A stretch of 64,000 bases of DNA from a virus: positions 24,817 to 88,816 of IMG/VR virus record IMGVR_UViG_3300030329_006606. The stretch is one strand, 5' to 3'. The position numbers were made by a program, and so were the translations under genes. Positions 26,801 to 38,000 of this stretch are shown here, piece by piece (within the stretch, counting starts at the first letter, position 1; the number at the start of each line of letters is the position of its first letter). The notes under the pieces are model-generated. The model saw only the letters and a program-made list of their open reading frames with translations. It did no database searches and was not told the origin of the DNA.

Positions 26801-28172
26801 CTTGGGTTACTTCGTAACAACATTGGTGAGCGACCCCAGCAATTTTAATAACGTCACCTATATTTAAATCTATAACCCCAATAAGGGTGCTGGCGTCTTG
26901 TGATAGTTTTCTGTTTGATACTTCCCCGGTCGGGGCGACTCCACTACACGAGAAGCCTTGGTTCGCGCACAACTGTAGACTATATCCTTTATAGTTTGGC
27001 GCGACCGTTGTCGTCGTTGTTGATGTCGTCGTCGTTGTCGGTGCAACAGTCGTAGTAGTTGTTGCATTGCAGTATGAAATCATTGGAGCTCTATAATTCT
27101 CCAAGCAATCTCTCATTCGGTCCGCTTGACCTTGAGTGAATAACCCCATACAATGATCGGCTGAGTAATCCATGTAGTTCTCCCACATGTCATATTCATC
27201 TGGATTTTCATGCATGCAACTGTTTGAATTAACCCCCGTATCCGGATCTGCTCCCGGACAATAGAGAGTCCCTAGGGCGGGGTCACGCCACGCACCGCAG
27301 CCGTCTGTTCCCGCTGTACTAGAACCACACCAAGTATGATCGTAGCCCTGACGAGGTGTGTCCGTAACATAATCATCTTGCTGGCAATCGCCATCACCCC
27401 ATATATGTCGTAAATTAAAAAAATGTCCAAGTTCGTGAGTAAGGGTTCTCCCCTCGTCGTAGCCATTTATGCCACCCGCAACAGTGCCCTTTTTCCAACT
27501 TTGAAGATTTATGACCACGCCTTGGATTGGGGCACCCATAGTCGAGTTCTGAGGGTGCCATGATGGAAATGATGCATAACCAAAAAGAATTGAATTTGGG
27601 TTGGCTGGATTATATATTTGCCCAATCCATATATTTAAAACTGTTGTGTTTGATTCGTTAGTGCTTGCTCCACCCACGGGGTCACTCCCACCTTGCGAGC
27701 TCATTTTAATCTCATCACCTATAGGGTAGCCGGTGATAGGCGCAGAAACATCTGTTCTACCTGTGGACGGATCCCATTCAAGCTCTATACCTACATCTGC
27801 AGCCCTACTAGCCCACCTTGCCGGAATGTCTGCGTTCGTTTTTCTGAAATCTTCATTTACTTTATCTATGCCAGCTTGGATTTCCGCATCACTCAAGATT
27901 CCCGGATTTAAAAGACAAACATGTACATGACAACACACCTTATAAACCGTTTGCTGAGATGAAAATAAACCAAAAATGTCACTTTCTCTTGCTTCTCTTA
28001 CTTTTTTAAGTCTTTCTAAGGATTCTAGCTCTTTTTGTATATATAATTGTTTTGATTCTTCTGGGTAGTTTTCGTATATTTTTTTAATATAAGAAGAGGT
28101 CGAGCAACGCCGACCAGTATCGTCTACTGGGTCGTTCCATGGCAAGATTATTTTTGGCTCTTTTTTACTCAT
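23844..28172 (-). CDS. 1442-aa modular protein: N-terminal pro-M43 (pappalysin-type) zinc metalloprotease, Cys-rich modules, Thr linkers, YfaP-like domain, C-terminal CBM5/12-like domain
   Basis: RRC cysteine-switch-like motif, LNIW..., GYASFP, HELGHFFNLRHIWGD (27405-27437), DTP, NYMDYS Met-turn, FT.GQ..RM; DLDLYV domain; W...Y.VG.VV.YQG tail. Confidence 0.85.
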   Translation of the reverse strand: MSKKEPKIILPWNDPVDDTGRRCSTSSYIKKIYENYPEESKQLYIQKELESLERLKKVREARESDIFGLFSSQQTVYKVCCHVHVCLLNPGILSDAEIQAGIDKVNEDFRKTNADIPARWASRAADVGIELEWDPSTGRTDVSAPITGYPIGDEIKMSSQGGSDPVGGASTNESNTTVLNIWIGQIYNPANPNSILFGYASFPSWHPQNSTMGAPIQGVVINLQSWKKGTVAGGINGYDEGRTLTHELGHFFNLRHIWGDGDCQQDDYVTDTPRQGYDHTWCGSSTAGTDGCGAWRDPALGTLYCPGADPDTGVNSNSCMHENPDEYDMWENYMDYSADHCMGLFTQGQADRMRDCLENYRAPMISYCNATTTTTVAPTTTTTSTTTTTVAPNYKGYSLQLCANQGFSCSGVAPTGEVSNRKLSQDASTLIGVIDLNIGDVIKIAGVAHQCCYEVTQEIAFTGQGGYWDVDSNCNACSSGTTTTASGTTTTASGTTTTSCPSGWNGSSTGSGCGHNQTITLQHFYNAGITNFPTQTMIVNHIQGMVDTWIANNSISNDPCCWQWGYKRVTGQSWLIHHEVYMCPLCTGSCPQVCSPALRQGCHKRVYSGTRVCDGQQVTFCDNYGTTGEDCHGACEDTGNGDDCFECVKIGGQCIGNISVTNLDCDNADVIQDHWMGNSCNDMTGAGDDCECGGATTTTTAAPTTTTAAGTTTTAAGTTTTTAAGTTTTPDPCPCECCGANNCYSQTWTPGLGGWGNSACYPPGQCPPQAQPVKKWLNSNEGINAGDILYAHGAGSVPGCALEEAQQSVTTYKVIDSNDPFWNHPIQSPPITSHKGTDSAYGDYVWISTDTAPEYASFYPCLCLVSPVFPCDPCYRTATTTTTTVAPTTTTTGTTPTPLVQNGCPDLDLYVKVGNDPTVWWDNMNEGAMSLNVDAHPDCEAAPPSPEIATGSYTEDKTFKVWYNQYSDCAPQVNPADLTKTAKFTNTGQTGCITVNGQEVPPGGVITFNWNAFAGFNTAEQDDYAGGNEFIVLCCDPPVVVTTTSTTTTAPPGDCCLRCDTDAGSYYISANSSDQGIEAGDPCTFNWSVPIETYIDLCQQNNPNPADAAFDAALVSQSNCSGEPTNRCCVDVSGFTGSDSQYNGTYINEVLPCYHATNPWPYPAVFNLMNHDGTVNGAIKLESLDIGVKKYWAITNGNYVAASIDYMPFFPVTSPIFPFPVGLNMCLGANFGAAANCPNNGPISVTANANCTNSTGDPDPSCPSGYDYFRLETCWPEEGCTYYTKECKDNHSVGCLNNQACNHGLVTIPGGDTVCASAYPISEATYNASGSTWVDTTGDWTFYNCLWSGWNISDCCDYTSVTCMPGQTAGACQNDADDSCCGEEGVNAWDSVTSYSVGAVVCYQGTSFVSLTNNNLNNPPIDTNDRLDDTNWRHAEAEDCPQ
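25986..26090. repeat. coding tandem repeat encoding TTT(T)AAG linker
   Basis: GTTGTTGTCGTTCCCGCCGCG-type 21/24-nt unit about 3 times. Confidence 0.8.
26680..26738. repeat. coding tandem repeat (GTCGTAGTGGTCCCAGAAGCC)x2.8
   Basis: Unit identical to the array at 29709-29771 in the 3001-aa gene. Confidence 0.85.
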
Positions 28173-28194
28173 TTCTTATATATATTCTTCAATA

Positions 28195-28206
28195 ATTACA
28201 CTTTTT
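28195..28206 (-). promoter_or_regulatory. putative late-promoter motif AAAAAGTGTAAT
   Basis: 22 nt upstream of ATG 28172. Confidence 0.55.
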
Positions 28207-28231
28207 GAATAAATTAAATTACGATGACTCA

Positions 28232-28999
28232 TTATGTAGGCGGCGGAGCAACCGTTGTCGTACAAGGATTACACTCCGGACACTCTTCATTAGGGTCTAC
28301 AGGCTCCCTTACATCCTCACAATTACAATCTTCACCATCATCACCACAAGGAGGAATAACTGGTTTAGGGAATGTTGGCGGACACGGGGTAGTAGTCGTA
28401 GTAGCAGAACATGGCCATTCTAATAAAAATTCAACCGTATAACTACAATCTGGCGGCAACGTAGTCGTAGTTGATGTTGTTCCACACGGCCACCCCAAAG
28501 AAAACTCAACTGTATAACTACAATCCCCCGGAGGAGTAGTTGTGGTTGTTGAGGTTGTCGTAGTTGGCGGCACGGTGGTAGTGCTTATTCCACCACAATC
28601 ACAATTAATGTTGGTTCCACCTAAGGTTACCCATTCGTCATTGAGTCCATCTTCACAATCACCAAATCCTTGCCCATAGTAAGCCAGACCATAACTGTCT
28701 GGGCCCATTAAGTAGTCTAAGCCTTCGCTAATTATTTTAGCACAACAATCAATACCACCACAATACTGACCCCCGGCTGGATCGTTACCGGAATATGTTA
28801 TGTACGCATAGGCAGGGTCTTGTGTCCAATTCCCCATCGGGTTGTCGTGACACATCGCACAATAAGCATCGTAAATTTTAACTTGCGCACCATCGCAACA
28901 CCTTATGGCGTCGTAATAATGCCAAGGTCCAGAAGGATTATATATATAATGAAGATTTTCTCTTTCTTCACGCTGATTTATGGGCTTTTTTGGCGGCAT
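28232..28999 (-). CDS. Cys/Thr-rich protein with duplicated DCSYTVEF.L.WPC module
   Basis: 255-aa ORF using the same module and linker types as the flanking giant genes. Confidence 0.7.
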   Translation of the reverse strand: MPPKKPINQREERENLHYIYNPSGPWHYYDAIRCCDGAQVKIYDAYCAMCHDNPMGNWTQDPAYAYITYSGNDPAGGQYCGGIDCCAKIISEGLDYLMGPDSYGLAYYGQGFGDCEDGLNDEWVTLGGTNINCDCGGISTTTVPPTTTTSTTTTTPPGDCSYTVEFSLGWPCGTTSTTTTLPPDCSYTVEFLLEWPCSATTTTTPCPPTFPKPVIPPCGDDGEDCNCEDVREPVDPNEECPECNPCTTTVAPPPT

Positions 29000-29023
29000 T
29001 TTTTATTTTCCATTTTATCTTCA

Positions 29024-32000
29024 TTAAAAGCCCTCGTCGTAAGCTCGGCAATCAGCGCAATCACTAAAGCCACCCATGGTTATGGTACTTGTACCACTCA
29101 AGGAAGATGTGCTCAGAATTTCTGCACATACCCAATACCCAGAGCTCGTAGATGACACAAAATCTCCAACGCTGTGGGGGCCGATAGCGTTTGCATCGTC
29201 CCATATTTCAATGGAGCCCGCCACGCACGAACCATCGTAGACTCGAACTTGATAATTAGGATCGCCTCCGCCCCCGGGGTCTTCAGTGGTCGTTGTAGAA
29301 GGAGGAGCAGACGTAGTCGTTGTTGGCTGCGTGCAGCTTGCGTCATAAGACAAGTTGTTTTGACCTCCCATATACCCATGATTCCAGCATTCATAACTTA
29401 CAGTTCCATAGTTTGAACTAACAGTTATTGTTATATCACCATAGAAATATTGATATGAGTTTCCATCAAGGGCGGTTTTTGTCCCCTGACTAGTTGTACC
29501 AGTATAAGATATTTGAGATGTTTTTCCATTGTTCAATATTGCTATCGGATGAGCCGAAGGGACACCTGTCAATACATATGTGCCAGTAGTCGTTTTATAA
29601 CTACCATAAGATCCTCCAAAAATATAACTATTAACACCATTAACCGTAGAGAAAGTTACAGCATTAGAAGCAGTTAAACATATATTGTTTGGTGCTGCTG
29701 TAGTAGTCGTCGTAGTGGTCCCAGAAGCCGTCGTAGTGGTCCCAGAAGCCGTCGTAGTGGTCCCAGAAGCCGTCGTTGTAGTGGTCCCTGCGGCTGTAGT
29801 CGTAGTCGCAGCATTACATTTATCTACAAACCCGACACAGTTATTCTCTCCAGCAATCCAACTTAATACAGTAGTATCATTGTGGGAATTCATATCGTTA
29901 CATTGCGCCTCAGTCATCATACCACACCCCAGCGTTTGCGAAGAACCAGCAAGGAAACAACACATACCAACCGGCGCCGTCGTAGTTGTTCCCGGTGCTG
30001 GGGTAGTGCTTGTAGTCGTACCGCCAGCGCAACAGCTTGTTTCCTGAAGGCTTGCTGGCAGGTTGTTTGATACAGGGTCGCAATAATCATCCTTACATTC
30101 CTGAAGCGTGCTGTAACCAGCTACCTGCCAATTAGGAAGCGTGGACATACCAACTTCAGTGCAAACCTGACACGGTTCAGAAGATGCAATTTGCTGTACG
30201 GCCACCTCCATCTCAACAAGAGGTTCGCATGATGGGCACCACTCAACCACAATTGGACTACCATCTTCATTAACAAAATTGACCCCAACCGGCTCAGGCA
30301 TAAGCCCGCTGTCATAATCTCTTGCCCATACATAAAGGTTGGAATTATCTGCCCCCATCCAGCCAAAAACAGTGTGTTCAACAACCCACATACATTCAGT
30401 GGTGTTGTTTTGGCCTAACGATGCTTCGGGGCAATTATCTAAATGATAATAAATTGAATGGGTGCCATTTACATCGTTAGAATAATAAACCCCATTATAT
30501 TTGCTCGCGTCAGGTCTAGCGTTACTATCTTTAACGCCAATCACTTGAATACATTTTTTTGGTCTTGGCGCCGGAGTGGTTGCCACCGGTAAAGGTAGTG
30601 CGATAATATCACAACGCCAGTCTGGAACAAATCCAAATCCAGTCGAGGCCTGAGCCCCACCTACATTTCCCTGCCAAGGCACATTTGGGAACGTCAAGGG
30701 TCCGCCGACCACGCCTCCGCCCCAAGGATATTTACTGCTCGGTGGACTTGGCCAAGCCGCCGCGCAAGCCTCCTTGATGAGATCTATATTTCCCACTGTG
30801 CAATTTGGTGGTGTAGCTGAATCCATAACTACTCCGCCCGCCGGAACGATCTTACTGCTAATATGCCACACCTTATATTCATGCTTGATTCCGGCATTGT
30901 CCCACCAATCTTCTTTCTTCGCGCATTGAATACAGCACTCTGCATCACCACCGGCAGGAGGATCGCCACAGTCTTTAACGCTGACCGCTCCTCCCGTCAC
31001 CGTTACGTTAGCTGGGGTGGCTTTATTACATTCTTGAATAGCCAAGTTCCAATTTGGATCGCTATTATTCCAATTTTGAAGAGTAAATTTGGTTGTTATT
31101 TTCCATGAAACCATATTTGTTGTTGGGCTTGCGGCGAAACATTCTATACAATGCTCAGGTACGTTGTCACCGCATAACGTTTCACAAGCCGCTTTGTTTA
31201 CATTAGTTATGCCCGCGATCCACTTATTACCCACACCATACCTCTCTTCACATTCCTGCTTGGTTAAAACGACACAATCGCTCAACCCGTCCCCTTGTAC
31301 ACCCACTGGCGGTGCGGCGGTAGTAACAGGTTCACAACAAGGAAGCGCCAAGCCGCTAATACAAACAGACGCTTTACATTCTTCTTTGTTTAGAAAGAGG
31401 TCGTTTGGATATTCTTGATCGCATAATTCACACGAAGGCCACCGTTCGGTCCTTAGATTCTCCCCACCGAAACCATTTATTAAATGAACCCTAAAAGGAT
31501 TTTCGCTTTCGTTTTCGTTTTCGTTCGTTCCTCCCCCACAACAACCATTGACCCCGTCACCACAATAAAATTCTTTACATTTTTCTTCCGATTCCCATCC
31601 ATTCTGTTGCGCGTTGTCACAGCTAGGACACCTGTTACACGGATTCGCGCTACATACAGCCCCCTGAGTCCATTGAACACCCGCCTTATCATCTAGACAT
31701 TCTTTTTGTGTGAGATTATCGTGGCATTCCGCATTTCCATCAACGTCTTCCACGCAGCAAGCACCTCGACCGTTCGTGGTTGGAGGTAACACCGGCTTAC
31801 AACACAAGCCCTTTTCAGTTGGCCTCCCTCTATTCGTACAATCTACGTGTTCGCATTTTTTGCCCGCACCTTTCCAATCTACGACAAGAATGCCCGGGCT
31901 GGCGCCCCAACTCAGACATTGCGCCTGAGTCATTAATCTACAGTCCGGACCAAAGCGCCCAACGGCATGAAAACAGCACGGCCCTATTGGTGGCGGCGTT

Positions 32001-35000
32001 GTCCCCGGAGTGCAAGCGCAATTGGCGGGTTCGACAATTAGAGTATGTACGAGATTTGGATTATTTGAATCAGGAAACCACGCGCTGCTGGCAGGCTCAT
32101 TACCATATGCCTGACCCATTACCCAATCGCTTCCAATGGCACACGTGCACCCGCCAACAGAGACGACCTGAGACCGTGATGAAATCTCGTTTTCATCTTC
32201 AATAGCTCGCATCCCCCACGCCGGATTAGCCGCTGAACCGTCACACATACAAGCGTCGTGCTGTTGTTGCCGTGAATGCCTCTTCCAAGCTTCACGACAC
32301 GCTATAATAGCTTGTCTTGGTTTATCCAAAGGATTATAAGTCAATTTAATATACCAACCTTCCTGACAGCTATTTGTGCATTGCACGCAGTAATCCTGCG
32401 GCGGTGGCGTTGTCGCCTGATTTAAACAAAGCGAAGCGTCACGAGGTTGAAATGCAATTGTGTTATTACCACAAGTGTAAGGCAACACCCAAGGTTTACC
32501 AGTATTCTGAAGATAAAGGTTCTTACACTCGTCACACCCTTGGGGGTCGCTGGTTTGCAGGTTGGCAGGTCCCCAGAAATACCAGCCCGACCATCCACCG
32601 CTGTTAGGATCACCCGGGGTGTCATCTAGGAAACATTCATAACAGTGCTGCCCCTGAGGGGTTGTGGATGTTGTGGGTGGAGCAGTTGTTGGAGCAACTG
32701 TTGTTGTAGGACATGTCCAAGTATCGTTTGCTTCTGGTCCACAATTTTCACCGATACCCTTTATGTATGGCAGATCGTCCATATTGATACGAGTGTCCCA
32801 CGAATTATAGTCACCGATCATACGTGAAGTATCAAGGCACAACCCGTTAGATGTATATATAGTACCATGACAATCTACTGTATCTACTCCATCAAAACTA
32901 CACGGCTCAAAGTTTAAAGTCCCGCTTCCGTCATTAGGAGTAGGATTAAAGTGAGGCTTAGGTGTATTACCAAAATTCGAAAGAGAGTGATTACGATTCC
33001 AACCGTCACTATCATCATGACAAATTTGACCCTCTTTCCAATCCCCTTGAGTCCTAAAGTGCATTCCTCTTATATTCAAACACTCGCCAATTTCGTGATC
33101 AAAAATAGTACTTATTACCTTTATATGATCTAACTGAACATCTATAACAGTCACAGATTCTTCATTATTTTTACCCTCGTTTACAGTTAATACCATCCCA
33201 TGGTCAATGTCATTCATTACATTTCCACCAGATATCCACAGAATCGCATTCATCCCCGCTTTAGATATTTGACTTAAACACCCTACACCCTTTTTACTGT
33301 TGTCACAAACATGCGCACAATTTACCCAGCTACAACATTCGAGACTCGGATTACAGGGGGTAGGAGGCACCGTAGTTTGTGTCGTAGTTGTAACCGGAGG
33401 TGCAACCGTAGTTACGGTAGGACAAGGACCAGCAAGAGTTCCATTATACTTGGGGTCTTGATTTATTTTATGAACAGAGCAGGCTTGGGTGCCGTAGATT
33501 GCTGCGGGTAAACCATCCGTTATCAATTGTGTCGCGCACGCAGCTAACGCCGTTTGCATGTTTGCTATACTTGCCCACGGATCAATAGTTAAAGAGGTAT
33601 ACCATTTTTTATTAGAGTATGGTGCGCAACCACGACACTCATAACAAAGAGTTGTAGGGGGTGTGGTGGGGGGCGTGGTCGTGCCCGTAGTTGTTGTTGT
33701 GGTTGAAGTCGTTGTAGCACAACATTCCCAAATTTCTGTCTTCTCACATTCACTATTGTATTGAGTCATATATTGACCAATATAAAATATCCCACTCATA
33801 GCCTGACCACGAGGGTGCCAACGGACAGTTGAATTGGGTCCAAAAGTAAGCTCACACGACGATCCTGAGTTGCTGCACTCAGCATTTTTTATAGATTCCT
33901 CGTTATTTATAGTTTGAGTTACCCAGTTTCCGTTGTCCGGACAAGATCCCGGACCCCACCTATGCCCGAATTGCGGCGCACGTGCAGGCCATCCACCTGA
34001 TCCGCCTTGTTTATACGGGGCTACCACAGGTTTTCCATTCGGTGTATATTGTCCCGGTACATGTTTAGTTACAGTTGATTTATAAGTCCAAGCGTATTTG
34101 TTTCCTACAAATGGTTGTCCCACCATTAAGTTCGTTGATCTTGAATCGTGACCCGGTGGCTTCACCCCGCCCGCAGGGGGGCTTGCTTGAACCCACCCGC
34201 TATTGGTTGGCCAATAAGATATTTCTAAGTCAAAACCGTACCCATCATACGGTCCAACGATTGTAACCACATTACCCTTTACGGACGTGCATAATGGATA
34301 ATCATCAGGCGCGGCCTTCTCTATCAAATCCGCAAGATTACTGGCGGATTTATCATCATCACCCAAATATTCTGCTGTTACAATAAAATCTTGCCCAGTG
34401 CGATCAACGCACATTGGATCTAATTTTGGATCACAATTCATGCCAGCACACTCTTTTGGGGGGCATTGGGTGGTAGCAGTGCTTCCAGCGGGTGTCGTAG
34501 TCGTACCTCTTGAACCCCATGGAAAAAATTTCAACGAAAATTTATCACCATTTTGGGCAGGGCTACCGCTAGACATAAACCCATTAACTTCAACCTCATA
34601 AACTATCGGGCATCCACCACATGGACTAATTCCATTGTTTTTACCGGGATTGACCGGGTTGTAAAGGTTTTTAAATATGAAATTGTTCTCAAGCCAAGCG
34701 CCGCAGTCTTCGTTTTTACGCGCAGTGCTTTTGCCTATTAAGGTTGTGACTGACGTTGAAACACCCGTTTGTTGAGTGTTGACATTCCCTTGAGTTTTTT
34801 TAATCGGTCCGGCGACAGTCATGTTATTGCAGTCTTCCCGCCAATCTTTTGGCCAATCATCATCCGCCCAGATATCTACCTTTAATGATGTAACATAACA
34901 ATTTTCTTTTAATAATCCTGTTGTTGAATCTTTTTCATATAAATAAACCTCCATATACCGGAGAGCCCCATATTTGTTCGTTACGTTTTTCGCGGTTAAA

Positions 35001-38000
35001 AAGTTTTTCCCAGATTTTAAAATATCTGGATCAAAATAATATACAGTTTGATCAGCAAGCCTTCCGCTAAGATATATATATTCATAACGCTGACAGGGAG
35101 CATTGCTGCAAAATCCGCTTGGACCGTTTGCGGTAATTCCACCCTTAAGAGTTTGGTCAAATCCTAACGAAGTGTCCGTGCTACCTATGAATATTGCTCC
35201 ATTTTTACCTCGGTTAGCTTGATTTCTGTACACTCTAGGTTTTTTATTTGCCCAAGGAACTTTTCCAATTGGTGTGCCATTAAGATTAACCTGCAAATCA
35301 TCCGCCAAGCTTTCGCCCCACCAATCATGAGCAAATATCACGAGAATCATGTCTTTTTTGCCATCAGAACCCTCTGTATCCCCAACGCACGGCACCGGCG
35401 GCGGAGCAGTGCTTGTAGTTGTAGTGCAACAATCCACCTCTGTCCAGCCAATCCCAGCGGTATCTGGAGGTAGTTCTCTATTGCTGGATTGATTTAGTGT
35501 ACTTGCGTCAGATACATAATAACATTTATTTTGATACCACGTAGAATGCCCCGCGGTGCGGCCCTTTTGAGCTTTTGTACAATCATTACATTCACCCGTA
35601 ACAACTAAACTATGATCACACCATAGCTTAGAGACGTTAGCGCCCGCCCCCAATAAATGAGGAAATTGCCCATTATCAGACATGAATTGCCAAGTTCCAT
35701 CTGTTCCATTACCACTTTGAGTACCTCCGGGGGTAAACGGATCGTCAACACATTCTACAGGCTTGCATGTCGGTGTTGCTGTCGTTGTTGTTCCGCAATG
35801 CCCCACTTGAACTTGAAATTGATTACCTGCTCCATCTTCATATGTCCCGGTTGGATCATCCCCGTTACCTGATTTAGTATGATATCCAAATATTCCATTG
35901 TTGGTAAGTTTATAGTCGTGACTTAAGGCCCACTTACTTTGAACCTCATCAAAAAATATGTATGCATTTTCGTATATGCCCACACTACCACTACTCTTAT
36001 CGTCTTCGCATTCCTTGTAGTATCCTGATTTTGGATCCTTTTTAGGGTCCGTACCCCCTAATATTGTACCCGGTTTTTCTAGCCTATATACAACTTCTCC
36101 ATTTTCACACACGAAACAAGGACCAGAAGTTGTTGTTGCACCCGCGGAAGTTGTTGTTGTTCCTGCTTCGGCGCACAGCAATCCTTTTCTGTAAGTTAAA
36201 ATAACCGCGCGCATCCACCATTTTTGCCCCTTTGTAAACATCATTGCGCAAGAAGAATAATCCATGTAGTTTTCCCACATATCATTAAAGTCGTCTGGCG
36301 AACTCACACACGAATTCCTATTCCAATGAGAAACGGCTCTAGTGCAACAGTCAGTTGATTCCACTAGACGTTTTTTTGTGGTGCCGTACATCTCAAATTT
36401 CCATGATGTAACTTTGCAAGCGCAATTACCGTAATCAAAATAATTAGAAACCTCATAATGCGTCGTGGGGTTAAGACACATTCCGGAAGAGTCCGTCTCT
36501 GGTGTACATGATGCTGGCGGGGTAATCGCCCCCGGCCCAACGGAATCAACGTCAAACACTATGTCTGGTCCGCCGCCCACATCATTGCCTGCGATGGTTA
36601 AGGTATCTCCAACTGTATAATTCTTACCTCCACGCCAAGCCACCGTCGGAGAATTAGTTGTAATAGTTATCGCGTATGGAGGATTTGAGGTTGATACTGC
36701 TACATTAAATTTTACATCAGAACCGGAGCCCCCAGTAGCGGATACATTATTGTATGTTCCCACAACCCAGCCAGTGGCCGATTGAATATTATTGATAGTT
36801 TTTATTGCGCCCTGCTCTCTAGTAAGATTACAAGAAGAGAAATTCAACCCCCCCGATCCGTTGGATATAGTAGCATTTCTACTATTAAAACATAGCCCCG
36901 GCATATTACCATTCGCAAATTCTGTCCAAGACCAATTAGCTTGGCAAACTCCAGCCTCGTTTGGCCCATTTTGCGCTGGTGTATCTTTAATTCCCCAATC
37001 GTCTATACTTTCACATTGAGCATTATCATCACCCGCCTTTTCCTGCCCCCACGTATGAGCAAGACCTAAGTAATGTCCAGCTTCATGAACCAAGGTTATT
37101 TCGTTGGGCATCGTATGTTGTCCTGCCGCATTATACCTGTTAGGATTACTATACCACGCTGACCAATTTATTGTAATTCCATCCTTATTGTTACCTACTG
37201 ATGGGCCGCTAGCAAAACCGGCTGGGCCTCCACTTGAAGAATCTCCATCAACAATATAAATATTACAATATTTACTAACGTCTGCTGGAGTACTTCCTCC
37301 GTTTGCAGGGTCATTATAATTCTGAGTATTTAAAAAGCTTATAGCGGTTCCACTAGCATAGTTTTTATTGATGCGGGTATTCGGATCGCCGGGAACCCAG
37401 TAAAATTCTATTTTTGTGTCCCCTGCGTATCTATCAGCCCACCTTGCTCCGTCCGGAAACTTAGCTGGATCATAATCTGGGTGACCAGACTCTTTGTATC
37501 CTTTAAAATGAGCATTTAATTGCTCCATGCCTGACTGAAGCACGGAATCGGGAACTAGGTTTGGATTTGATTCAATACCGGGAACACAAACATGAATAAC
37601 ACAGCAAATTTTAAGAACATCATCATTTCCATGCGCCGGACTCCAAGGCGGCTCTGTATAACCCGGGACGTGAGGACCAGCTACGGTCCATAGATTTACC
37701 TTAGCCACCTCTCTTTCTACTTCTTCTTCTCTTATTTCAAAAAACTTTTTAGTAATTACAGCCTTTTGTTGTAATAAAATATTTTCCATTTCTGGATTAT
37801 CTTGAATAAGCTGTTCCATTACAACGGAAGAACCGCAGCCCATACCCATCGAAGGATGAATATCATCATTCCAAATATTATTTAATTTTAAATTTTTAAG
37901 TACTTCACCCGAAGATTGACCAGTTCTAGAGGATAATTCAGAAAAAGAATTATTTAAAATATTTTTTTCCTTCTCAGCGTCATTTGATCCGGTAGATCTC

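Noticed and set aside
25008-28561. Near-identical repeat pairs as a DGR template/variable repeat
   Set aside because: Only about 40 nt, located in low-complexity linkers rather than at a variable domain, and no reverse transcriptase in the window.
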